A DNA stretch of 64,000 nt, from positions 63,112,478 through 63,176,477 of the forward strand of contig NC_057719.1 of NCBI RefSeq assembly GCF_004010195.1, given 5' to 3'. Below the pieces are notes generated by a model. It saw nothing but the letters and a program-made list of their open reading frames with translations, had not been told where the DNA came from and made no database searches. The first letter of the stretch is position 1. The number at the start of each line of letters is the position of its first letter. Shown here one piece after another: positions 52,205 through 64,000 of the stretch. The stretch is from Chiloscyllium plagiosum. Taxonomy: Eukaryota. A program made the position numbers and the translations under genes.

Positions 52205-52495
52205 TGTTTTACTTATTCATTCATGGGATGGAGGCATTGCTGATGATCTGCAGTCACATGTAGTCCAGACCAGGTGAAGATAGCAGTTTCCTCCCTCCAA
52301 AGGACCAGATGGGCTTTTTCCAACAATCAACAATGGATTCATGGTCATCATTAGACTCTTTAATTCCAGTTTTTTAAAATTTGAATTCAAATTTCACCAT
52401 CTGCTGTGGCGGGATTCAATCTCGGATCTCCAGAACATTTCCCGGGCCTCTGGATTAACAGTCTAGTCATAATACAATGAGGCTATCGCCTTCCT
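52205..52495 (-). mobile_element. tRNA-derived SINE (family B)
   Basis: ttattcattcatgggatg...gtcacatgtagtccagaccagg...ctctggattaacagtctag. Confidence 0.75.
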
Positions 52496-53672
52496 GATAA
52501 TGACCAAACTTGCTTTATTGGTTGGACATGCAGCTTGTCCCCCTCAGAGTTTGCTTACATTGCTTTGAAACAGTCAGAGCTAAGTCTCTTCAGCTTGAGC
52601 TTTTCCCTGAGCTGCGAAGGGCCAGCCTCTCCTACATCTTTTTTTAGCTGATGATTGTTTGAGCACTTTTCCCAGTAGCACTATCCTTATGCAATCTTAT
52701 TGCATCGAAATGGACTAATTACATTTCCAGTGTTATCATTCTAGTTTAACATTTTGCTATAATGGTGTCTGAAAATATAAAGCAAGAAGCTAAATGAAAA
52801 GAATTCACAGGTAATGTATTGTATCAGATGGTTGCTTGCTATGGTATGCATTTGAACAATGGGTTTAAAAAAGGGTTCAGGCCTGCCCATTAATTTAATT
52901 ATTCCCATTTGCCCCAAAAGCCATTTCACTAATCTGTAGGTAATACCAATTACAATTTTAAAATATTGCAATGTCAAAATTCTCAAGCAACAAACTTCAA
53001 TGTTTTAAATTTAGAATACCAGTGATTTGCAACATCTCCATTACCAACAGGTGAGGAGTGATCAGCTTCTCTGTTATTAACTCTCTTTCGACAATTTTAT
53101 TTTAGAATGGAACTATCACGCTTCCACTAGAACTTAGTTCACCAGATCAAAATAGAGGAAACGATTCAACAAAACAAAAGAAAGGAATCACTCTAAGCTT
53201 TCTTGAGTGGAAGGAAGAGGAATTCTATTACCGACTGCACAAAATAAATAGTAAAGCTTGACAGCAAAAACATACACAAACACAGGTAACAAGCTTAAAA
53301 AGAAAAGGGTTTTGTCTTTATAGGCAGGAAGGAAAGGATAATTTGCAGTTTAAAAATTTTAGAGCCCTTGAGCTATGTGATTGAAACCTTCTCCCAATTG
53401 TTTGGCTGATGTCCTTTTTCCTCAGAAGTGACTAAACTTGCAGGTGCATTGATTTCTTAGTCAATAGTGGTTTTCCCAAGTTGCTTTGTCACCCGGCTTC
53501 TGAGATCCTTAGAGAGAGGTAGAGAATGGTTTTGCTGTTATCTGTCCAAGTTTGTTTTCCTTTATTTATTATTCAAAAGCAAGGGACTGAAATATGTTTA
53601 GTTTATGTGTTCTAAGTTTGGCTTTATTGACTTTTACAAAATGGATATGCCACAGGTAACCTATAATTCCCC

Positions 53673-53837
53673 ATGATTTGGAGGTGCTGGTGTTGGACAG
53701 GGGTGGACAAAATTAAAAATCACACAACACCAGGTTATAGTCCAACAGGTTATGATGGTAGGAGCAACACTCCGAAAGCTAGTGGTTCAGAATAAACCTG
53801 TTGGATTATCACCTTGTGTTGTATGATTTTTAACTTT
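53673..53837. mobile_element. Third PLE-like terminal-repeat family with inverted arms
   Basis: 53709-53751 is inverted relative to 53795-53837. The central ggag caaca ctcc GAAAG CTA is a hammerhead remnant. Confidence 0.65.
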
Positions 53838-54084
53838 ACCATTTCCCAATATGTGCAGTTATCATGCAAGTGCAAGTATGAATTTTTTGATACATTACTG
53901 AATTTCAATGCCTCTTGATTAAAATGCTACTGCCGACATAGCCAGTTTGGCATATTCGATGCAGGTTGCCTGGGTTTATAAGGTGATCATAACAGCCATT
54001 TTATGTCAGTCATGTCATTTCTAAAGCTATTTTTAGTTCCGTGAAAGACTCTGCTTTTCAAGTCAAATGATGAAATTGAATATC

Positions 54085-54695
54085 AGCCTTTATTGGTCAT
54101 TGCATTGAGTTGAGAGGTCATGTTGCAGTTGTACAGGACATTGGTTCGGCCACTTTTGGAATACTGCATTCAATTACGGTCTCCCTCCTATAAGAAAGAT
54201 GTTGCAAAACTTGAATGGGTTCAGAAAAGATTTACAAGAATGTTGCCAGGGTTGGAGGGTTTGAGCTATAGGGAGAGGCTGAACAGGCTGGGGCTACTTT
54301 CCCTGGAGTGTTGAGGCTGAAGGGTGACCTTATAGAGGTTTATAAAATCATGAAGGAATGGGTAGAGTAAATAGCCAAGGTCTTTTCCCCAGGGTAGGGG
54401 AGTGCATAGCGAGAGGACATAGGTTTAGGGTAAGAGGGGAAAGATTTAAAAGGGACCTAAGGGGAAACAGTTTCACACAGGATGGTGCTTATATGGAATG
54501 AGCTGCCAGAGGAAGTGCCAGAGGCTGGTACAGTTACTATTTAAAAGGCATCTGGATGTGTATATGAACAGGAAGGGTTTAGAGGGATATGGGCTTAATG
54601 CTGGCAAATGGAACTTAATTAATTTAGAATATCAAGTCGGCATAGATGAGTTGGACAGAAAGGTCTGTTCTGTCTGTCCATCTCTATAACTCTAT
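54085..54695 (+). mobile_element. HER1-type CR1 3' fragment
   Basis: MLQLYRTLVRPLLEYCIQ...VQKRFTRMLPGLEGLSYRERLNRLGL. Confidence 0.92.
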
Positions 54696-56459
54696 CATCA
54701 TCATAACAAGAGGTAGAATATTTATGTGGAGATCATGATTCAGTGATGAGAGCCCCATTTTAAATGGGTGTGCTGGATAGTTGACAGCACTGGAACAGCC
54801 AAGCAGAAGACATTTGATTTCTCAATGATCCAATCTTGTCTTCATGTCAGATTCAGATAAAATTCTGGTTGAAATGCAGTAGGGTTTGTGGTAAAAAGAC
54901 ACAGTCCAATTTTTGAGACTTGCACTGACCCCATATCCTTGTGTTAACTCTTACACTGTCGGCTTGCCATTAGTTGGATTTTATTATATTTCAATCTTAG
55001 TTAAGTGCAATTTTAAGTGCCGTTTTAGGTTGTCGAGTTGTTTTGCACACTGGATATATCCTATAATTTACATTAAAATCTATTGCTTTAATGTTGGTTA
55101 CTCTCTTCCAATTTGATGTGCTTTGTGTACATTTGTCACTGCAGCTTTAATCTTTTAACCTTTTCTCCAAACTCTTTAACCGATTGCTGTTACTTATTTG
55201 AAGGCAAATTGCAATACAATTATCACTGAATTGAGCACATCTCATCATCAAATGTACTTTTCCAAAGTACATATGCATCACTTTTCAGTACGCAAGTTAT
55301 GAAGAAAGGAGAATAATGCCTGTTTCTTTCAAATCCTGCCTTATTCTCCATTAATGTTATAGTAGCTTACTATGATGAGAGTAATTGGACCATGACTTGG
55401 ATTTCAGATGCTGCTATACAGAACTCTGCACCATGTAACACACCATGAGCAATGCAGCCACCTGTACGTTTTATCCGCAGAAGAAAATCAAGGGGCTTGT
55501 GAATGATGGAAATCTGAAATAAAGAGAGACAATGTTGGAAGTAAGTGGCAGTTCAAGCAGCAGCTGTGGAATGCAAAACAAAATTGAAGTTCCAGATTGA
55601 TTATATTTCATCATAACTGGAAAAAGTTAGAAATCTGATAGATGTTCAGCAAGTGAAAAAGTGAAGGTAGAGAAAGATAAGTGTATTATAGAGTGGAAAA
55701 CAGGAGAGGTTAAATTACAAAGGATTTAACTTGCAGGGTCAAAGGCAATGGTTAAAGGACAAGTAAGGAGGTAAACAATGTGTCACAGGAGGGTGAATGA
55801 CCTTCAATGGATATAGCACTGTTCTATGGCTGTTTATTTCCTAAAAGCCTTAAGGTTATACTTTTTCTTCTTAATAATTGAGAAAACAACAGAAAATTGC
55901 CAATTACTTTGAAATAATATGTGCAGTAGTCACTAAAGTGGTACAATCATAATTTAAAATTAAATGCAGTTTTGAAGTGGCAGCGTTCAACGAGAGTGTT
56001 TAAGTTTTATTGTTGAGGTGTCGTCTCTAATATGACTTGTTGACAGCTGTCAGGGTAGTCAGTAGTCTTGCAGCGTTCAATCAAAAGCTGCATGCATTAA
56101 CTTCCAGTCATGTTAATGTTCTGCACAAGATCAGCCAACCCTACAGATATTAAAGGTTTGACTTTTCATTCACCACCTTCCAGTGCAACAAGCTCCAAGA
56201 AAGTAATTGCCTCACAATCAATAGCTACCTTGAAATAAACACTGGTTTGTTACTGGTTGTGAGGAAAGATACTGAGCAAGAGTCTTTTCATGATAGATCA
56301 AGAAAAGAAATCAATTTTTCCAATGGTAAGTCAGGAGATTGCCTGTAATGAACTATCGCAACTGGATATTTAAATGGCAAAAAGTGTTCTTTCTCATCTC
56401 CATCTGGTTTTCAAGCCACTGAATTTTCAAGAAAACCTAAAATATCTTCCAGCTACAGA

Positions 56460-56810
56460 AATAAGTTTTAATGTGTAGTAAGCAACGCAACAATTCATCA
56501 CCACACAACAAGTGTCCACACATAGCAAATTGATAATGACGAGATGATCTGTTTAAGCAATATTGATTGAGGAATGAATATTGACTATGACCTCAAGGAG
56601 AAGAGTTTTGCTCTTTTTTGAAATAATGCTATGAATCTTTTATGTTTAGCAGAGAGGGGAGATGGTGCCCTTGATTCAATAATTGATTTACAAAAAGGTG
56701 CCTCTGACAGTGCAACACTTTCACGGTACTACACTGGAACGGCAAGCATGGACTTTGCTCTCAGTTCTTTGATATGAGGCTTGGATCCAAACATTTCTGA
56801 CTGAGAAAAT
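56460..56810 (-). mobile_element. DeuSINE (SacSINE1-like) decayed copy
   Basis: gcctctgacagtgcaacactttcacggtactacactggaa is a Deu-domain remnant, collinear with 340-615. Confidence 0.6.
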
Positions 56811-57949
56811 AAGAAGATAAGAGGGTGAACTTTGACTGTTGACTGAAAAAAATTAGTTGACTCATTTTAAAGGTTTGGCTCGCTAACATACCCACAACAT
56901 ACCTGCACTGCAGTTCACCATCTGACAAGCAATATAACATCAGGCAGCTCGGAGGACAGGCCAGACAAGCAGGAAGATGGGTCCATTTGATCAGGGATGG
57001 AGACACAATCAGTCATGGAGGATAACAGTGGCACACACTATTTCTGCAAAGCCGAGAGATCAGTTCTGCAATCACTTGCTTTTGACAGGCTTTTGCCCGA
57101 AATGTCGATTTTCCTGCTCCTTGGATGCTGCCATACCTGCTGTGCTTTTCAAGCACCACACTCACAACTGCAATGCCTTGTCCCACTTAACAAAACAGAG
57201 AGCGAAATCTTACCAGACTCTGTGTAATGTGAGCTGTGGTGAGATGAGGGGTAAAATTGGATGACTTGCTTATCGAGGCCAATCTCGATGTTGAGATGAT
57301 CTCGCCACACCTTGTTGTCTCTTCTCAAGCTGCAGAGTGAGACTCTCACTAGCTGGTGGTGAGCTCCCAATTGACAATCATATTGCTTCTGAGATGCCTT
57401 GCCACCTGTCCATCGCACCATGGATTGCAATCGTACCAAACCTGCCACATAAATGAGGCATGGAAACTAGAGCAGGGTCTTAGTAGATTCAACTCGCAGC
57501 TTGGCTGCAGGAGATCCATGTTGGCCAAGCAAAAATAGGAAAGCAAGGCACGATACATCAGCACTACCCCCATGTACCCTTCATGTACCTGCTTTCAAGA
57601 GACATCACCACTATCCTGGCATCTTCAAATGTGTGGGCATTGTGCTCTGCAAAGGCCAACCAGTCTAGGAGGGCACATTGGCAACAGGAGTGTGCAACTG
57701 CATTGGGTAAGGTCCTGCACAGAGAAAAGAACCCATTACATGGCTCTCCTCAATCTCTCAGTATGCATTCACTTGGTGCCACTGATATGCCCTCAGCACG
57801 GATGACTTGCCCTGTGATATCCTGCATTGGCATTTGACACAGTCAGATATGCAGAGGTAAAAACAATGACTGCAGATGCTGGAAACCAGATTCTGGATCA
57901 GTGGTGCTGGAAGAGCACAGCAATTCAGGCAGCATCCGACGAGCAGCAA

Positions 57950-57985
57950 AATCGACGTTTCGGGCAAAAGCCCTTCATCAGGAAT
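57950..57985 (-). ncRNA. Minimal hammerhead ribozyme motif
   Basis: Minus strand attc CTGATGA a gggc tttt gccc GAAAC GTC gatt. Confidence 0.8.
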
Positions 57986-58066
57986 AAAGGCAGAGAGCCT
58001 GAAGCATGGAGAGATAAGCTAGAGGAGGGTGAGGGTGGAGCTAGGCAGGTCGGACAAGTCCGGACA

Positions 58067-58571
58067 NNNNNNNNNNNNNNNNNNNNNNNNNNNNNNNNNN
58101 NNNNNNNNNNNNNNNNNNNNNNNNNNNNNNNNNNNNNNNNNNNNNNNNNNNNNNNNNNNNNNNNNNNNNNNNNNNNNNNNNNNNNNNNNNNNNNNNNNNN
58201 NNNNNNNNNNNNNNNNNNNNNNNNNNNNNNNNNNNNNNNNNNNNNNNNNNNNNNNNNNNNNNNNNNNNNNNNNNNNNNNNNNNNNNNNNNNNNNNNNNNN
58301 NNNNNNNNNNNNNNNNNNNNNNNNNNNNNNNNNNNNNNNNNNNNNNNNNNNNNNNNNNNNNNNNNNNNNNNNNNNNNNNNNNNNNNNNNNNNNNNNNNNN
58401 NNNNNNNNNNNNNNNNNNNNNNNNNNNNNNNNNNNNNNNNNNNNNNNNNNNNNNNNNNNNNNNNNNNNNNNNNNNNNNNNNNNNNNNNNNNNNNNNNNNN
58501 NNNNNNNNNNNNNNNNNNNNNNNNNNNNNNNNNNNNNNNNNNNNNNNNNNNNNNNNNNNNNNNNNNNNNNN
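58067..58571. other. Assembly gap (N run)
   Basis: Run of n characters. Confidence 1.
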
Positions 58572-59583
58572 ATTTCAACTCCCCCTCCCACTCTGCCGAG
58601 AACATGGAGGTCCTGGGCCTCCTTCACCGTCGCTCCCTCACCACCGGACGCCTGGAGGAAGAACGTCTCATCTTCCGCCTCGGAACACTTCAACCCCAGG
58701 GCATCAATGTGGACTTCAACAGTTTCCTCATTTCCCCTTCCCTCACCTCACCCCAGTTCCGAACTTCCAGCTCAGCACTCTCCCCATGACTTGTCCTACC
58801 TGCCTATCTTCTTTTCCACCTATCCACTCCACCCTCCCCCGCCCCCGACCTGACACCTTCATCCCCTCCCCTACTCACCTATTGTACTTTCTCCCCACCC
58901 TCACCCTCCACTAGCTTATCTCTCCATAAAATCCTTGTCAATTGTTGTTGAAACCGAACTGGTTCTCTAATGCCCTCTCTGCCTTTATTCCTAATGAAGG
59001 GCTTTTGCCCGAAACGTCGATTTTGCTGCTCGTCGGATGCACAGTCAGATATGCAGACAGGTGGCCATGCTGTGCAGTGGTCCACTGTCAAGGGTGTGCA
59101 TATATCATATGTCACTGAGCCACTCAGCCTAGCAGCTGTACCACATAGCCTAAGACTTTATACCAAATAGGTGGCATCTGCAGTAGGATGTGGAACATCT
59201 CTGAAAGTGTTAAAGAGTCATCCACAATGAAGCCTATCAGTCGGGGAGACGGCAGTTCAGCCTCCAACAGCAGTCCTGGGCTTTATCCACGGTCATGCAT
59301 TCAGCTGTTAGAATTGTGAAAGTTTCATGTTATCAGACAGAGAGAAATCATAAAATAGTCTTCATAGTTCAAGGAAAAGCAACTGGAGACATTTAAGTAG
59401 AAACTTTAAAACTTGAGATTGGTGTATAATTTATCTTTACTTGAGTCTGTGTCTCTAATTCTACATTTTGATGTTATGATGAGATTGTCTCTCTGCCTCT
59501 CTAATGTACTGATCTTGTCTCTTTATTAAGACTGCTCGTGTCTCTCTGCTTCCTTTTTCTTAAACATTCTATATGCTGAATGT

Positions 59584-60551
59584 CCTTGGATTCAGATCCC
59601 ACTCACGGTCAGCCTGTATTTACATCTCGGTTATGACTATTAATTCATTCTTATTTCCTCAATCTGTGTATTTAAATCGTGAGTGTATTGCAACTGCCAC
59701 ATGCATTCAGATAAAGTGGTTTTAATTCTGTTATTTTAACATTATTCTCTATTCTGATCCTGTTTGATGCTTGCTTATGCCTTTGTCTGTCTTCTATTGT
59801 GGCTTTCTACTTTTCAACTTCCTTTTATCATTAATTTAAACCTTCATCAATAGCTCCAGTAAATGCTCCTGTGAGGATATATGCAGTCTGCCAAATGTTC
59901 ATAACTAATTTTTCCCACTCTTGTCTACCTACTTGCTAAAGTCTACTTTTACATTCACCTTAAAATCAAGGAACTGTCCCTAAGTGTTCTTCAGAAAATG
60001 GCCTTCAGTATTTTGAATATATTTGATCTGGCTAGCCTTCAATATAGTTCCTCTAACTCTTTAAAAACCTTGGATTCAGATCCCACTCACGGTCAGCCTG
60101 TATTTACATCTCGGTTATGACTATTAATTCATACTTATTTCCTCAATCTGTGTATTTAAATCGTGAGTGTATTGCAACTGCCACATTCATTCAGATAAAG
60201 TGGCTTTAATTCTGTTCTTTTAACATTATTCTCTATTCTGATCCTGTTTGATGCTTGCTTATGCATTTGTCTGTCTTCTATTGTGGCTTTCTACTTTTCA
60301 ACTTTCTTTTATCATTAATTTAAACCCTCATCAATAGCTCCAGTAAATGCTCCTGTGAGGATATATGCAGTCTGCCAAATGTTCATAACTAATTTTTCCC
60401 ACTCTTGTCTACCTACTTGCTAAAGTCTACTTTTACATTCACCTTAAAATCAAGGAACTGTCCCGAAGTGTTCTTCAGAAAATGGCCTTCAGTATTTTGA
60501 ATATATTTGATCTGGCTAGCCTTCAATATAGTTCCTCTAACTCTTTAAAAA
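59584..60551. repeat. 484-bp tandem duplication
   Basis: 59584-60067 and 60068-60551 differ at about 8 positions counted by eye. Confidence 0.95.
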
Positions 60552-62027
60552 GTAACACCTTAATACATAAGCAGAAGTAGGTCATTTGGCCCATCCAGTC
60601 CGCTTTACTATTCAATGAGTTGACAACTGATCAGATAATCCTCAATTCCACTTTCCTGCTTTATCCCCATGCTTTTTGATGACAGGCATATGCCTTTGCC
60701 TCCCTCTGTCATGTGCTCTAACGTTGCATCTCACTGATATGTGGAGTTTAATTACAAGCTGCAATAGTCCAAATCCAACCTGGTCATGCCTAAAATCAGA
60801 AGCTGTAGAATACCCTCTGGTGAAGTGATTTCCATTCCGGTGTTCACATTTTCACAAATGCAAAATAATACAATAAATTATCATCAGTTCTAAGAGCCAT
60901 AAGGCGGCCATGAAGGGTATGTTTTAATGTAATTGATCTCATATGTTTACTGCAGTGAAAAAAATGCCCTACAGGTAGGAACTGCACATACACCAGCAGA
61001 GAGTGGGGGCAGACTTCCTGTTTCTATTCAATGTTTGGACTTCCTGTGTTTATCCAAATACCTTCAAGAGTTTCCATTTTATTCAGTAGGTCTAGCTGGT
61101 TGGCTTCTTATGTACATTAAAGGTGATGTCTCTGATAGAGAATCAAACAGTTAATCTTCTTTATTACCAAAGTCAAGCTCTGTCAAGTCAAATACTGTAC
61201 TCATTGGATTATGTGCCATGTATCCTGCCCCGTTTTTCAAAGGTTTAACTTGAATCAAATGAGCTGCATTGCTCATTCTCCATACCTCACTCTGTGATCA
61301 TGATACATCTTATCGAGTTCCAATTATTGCCAAGGGACATACTGGAATGTGATGGTCTCATCAACATTGAGGGAATTTGCATTGTTGGACGTACTACCTT
61401 TTTAAGGGTCATAGGGCTGTGTTTAACTCAATGTCACGTTTGCAACAGAGGCAGCATTAGGCAAAGTGAGTTGTGAACCAAACTGAAAAATAGCTGTACC
61501 ATGATGACAATACTCTGCATGCTGCCTAAGCAAGCAGAGAGTGGAACACACATCCATCAGGGAGAAGACCTCTAGTCCTGTGTCAGTCATAGTTATTCTG
61601 GGACCTGACTTCTATCTCACAACAAAGTCATTGTTGGAATGATTCAATAGCATTACTGGTCTGGTCTTCTACAGTGTGAGAAGTTTGAATCTCATGAGCT
61701 GTAACTGCACGGGAATCCATGCACACTGGCAGTCTGCCACTGCTGGGCCATTGGTATCTACCAGATGGAAGTTTTCAGGAGGTCTCAATGAAATTGCATA
61801 TTTGACAGTGCAGCATGATTATCTTTTCAGAAAATGCAGTATTAACACTTGTAAAAGCTTCCAATTATCTTATACACTCAAAATGGTGTGTAAAGTTAAG
61901 GATATTAAAAAACTTGGTAATCTTCTGAGATTTGCCTTTCACCTGGTTGGATCGGAACTTCATTAATGTGTTTGTGTTTCTCTTAACACTTACCTTGCTG
62001 CTAGTTGTGGAGTTGTATCATCTTATA

Positions 62028-62995
62028 GTAGAGTCATGGAGATGTACAGCATGGAAACAGACCCTTTGGTAAACTCGCCCACGTCGACCAGATATTCTAA
62101 CCTAATCTAGTCCCAGTTGCCAGCATTTGACCCACATCCCTCCAAACCCTTCCTACTTAGAGCCATCCAGATGCCTTTTAAATGCTGCAGTCGTACCAGC
62201 CTCCACCACTTCCTCTGGCTGCTTGTTCGAGATAAGCACCGCCCTCCGTGTGAAAAAGTTGCTACTTAAGTCCCGTTTAATTCTTTCTCCTCTCACACTA
62301 AACCTATGCCCTCTAGCTTGGGACCCTTCTACCCTGGGAAAAGATCTTGTCTATTTACCCTATCCATGCCCCTCATGATTTTATAAACTTCTACAAGGTC
62401 AACCCTCAGCCTCCCACACTCCAGGGAAAACAACCCCAGCCTATTCAACCTCTCCCTATAGTGCAAACCCTCTGGCAACATCTTTGTAAATCTTTTCTGA
62501 ACCCTTTCAAGTTTCACAACATCCTGGGAGACCAGAATCATGCACAATATTCCAAAAGTGATCTAACCAATGTCTTGTAGAGCCACAACATGACCTCCCA
62601 ACTCCTGTACTCAATGCACTAACCAATAAAGGCAAGTGTACCAAACACCTTCACTGTCATATCTACCTGTGACTCCACATTCAAGGAATTATGAACCTGT
62701 ACTCCAAGGTCTCTTTGTTCAGTAACATTCCCCAGGACCTTATCATTAAGTGCATAAGTCCTGCCCTGATTTGCCTTTCCATAATGCAACAACTCACATT
62801 TATCTAAATTAACTCCATCTGCCATTCCTCAGCCCATTAACCCATCTGATCTTGGTCCCATTGTACTGTGAGATAACCTTCTTCACTGTCTATTACATCA
62901 CCAATTTTGATGTCAACTTACTAATCATACTTTCTTTTTTCACATCCAAATCATTTATATAAATGACAAAAAGCAGTGGACCCAGTCATCCTTGT
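62028..62995 (-). mobile_element. HER1-type CR1 3' fragment
   Basis: KCELLHYGKANQGRTY...RDLGVQVH and LERVQKRFTKMLP...ERLNRLGLFSLE. Confidence 0.92.
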
Positions 62996-64000
62996 GACAC
63001 TCTAGTGTGAAAAGCACTGATTTAGCAGGTCATGTAGTAAATTGGTAGAGAGGACTTTAAATTAATTAGAGGGGAGAGTATTTGGAAGGGAGGAACAGTT
63101 AAAAGTACACTGACATGCTGACTATGAGATGTAACACAGTAAGTGTACTTGTATTGTAATTAAATAGGTTGACTATCAGTTTGTAAGTCCTACCAATGTA
63201 CACTATGGCATGCAATAAGAAGAGGGGAGACTACTTGTTATCTATTTGCAGAAAGACAATGGGAAGAAACCATTGCAGTTTTTTGTGCAACATAACCATG
63301 AACCAAAATAGAAATCCATAGCCAATAATCCCCTTTCAGGGTCAGGCATAAAGTGTAGAGAGATGTCCCAAGGGTGAGAAATGCACTATATAAATGCAAA
63401 TTGTTTCTGTTACAAGCAAAAGCCCTCAATGCACAAATCCATTTCTTGTAAGAATTCAGCAGAGGTAGCGTTTTCATTCCCGCAATGCACCTACCATATT
63501 ACTTAGACTCCAGTTTATATCTTTTTTCAAATCCTGAAGTATGGAGTGGATAATGTGCAGGGAGTCTAAAACTTTACTTACACCCTGATAGATATCCTTA
63601 AACTTCACACAAAAATGATGGCGAGGAAGTTAAAGTATATTTTGCATGATAGGACATCTTGAGATGGGCTGCCTGAGGCTGTGCATTTACGTTTAACTGG
63701 TGAAGTGTTTAAACAGTACATGAAATTGTCGTATATACTCTGAATGTCGTGTTCCTGACCTAATTGACTTTTTACATTTAAGTATTTAGCCTTTGCATTT
63801 TCTATCAGCAGGACTCTATTTCTTTGACAACTTAATAAATGCTGATTTTTTAAAAAGTTTTAAATAATATGCTTCACTGGATTTCTTAAATAAAACCAGG
63901 GAATGTAAAATACCAATTTTGGGAACGGTGGATAACACAAAATAAAAATGTGTATTTTTGGAATAACAACTTAACACGAAAGAGTATTTTTTTAAAAATG

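Larger units (their letters stand above)
57856..59039. mobile_element. PLE insertion with inverted arms, a GIY-YIG C-terminal remnant and a central assembly gap
   Basis: FNSPSHSAENMEVLGLL...LEEERLIFRLGTLQPQGINVDF after the gap. 18-bp repeat cacagtcagatatgcaga at 57838-57855 and 59040-59057. Confidence 0.88.

Noticed and set aside
57827..58853. Long ORFs of 224-320 aa
   Set aside because: Artefacts of translating through the N gap.

Overview
Eukaryotic, vertebrate DNA, almost certainly an elasmobranch (shark). It carries HE1/V-SINEs with their HER1-type CR1 partner LINE and SacSINE1-like DeuSINEs. The window is AT-rich, repeat-dense intronic or intergenic sequence, and I cannot confidently identify any host protein-coding exon. 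Nearly all ORFs in the track are transposon debris or chance ORFs. Contents: many CR1 and L2 LINE fragments, one internally deleted L1, a decayed Gypsy gag, a putative solo LTR, Tc1/mariner (Tigger/pogo-like) MITEs, three SINE families and two tandem duplications. The most interesting signal is about 15 insertions derived from Penelope-like elements (PLEs) of three distinct lineages. Their terminal repeats carry minimal hammerhead-ribozyme motifs (CUGANGA - extra nt - stem II - GAAAC GUH). The young copies share a fixed end, often have an outward-facing inverted second arm, and are flanked by 13-24 bp target-site duplications with 1-4 nt microhomology. Family names are recognised from memory, not from database searches. 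Boundaries of old repeats are approximate.
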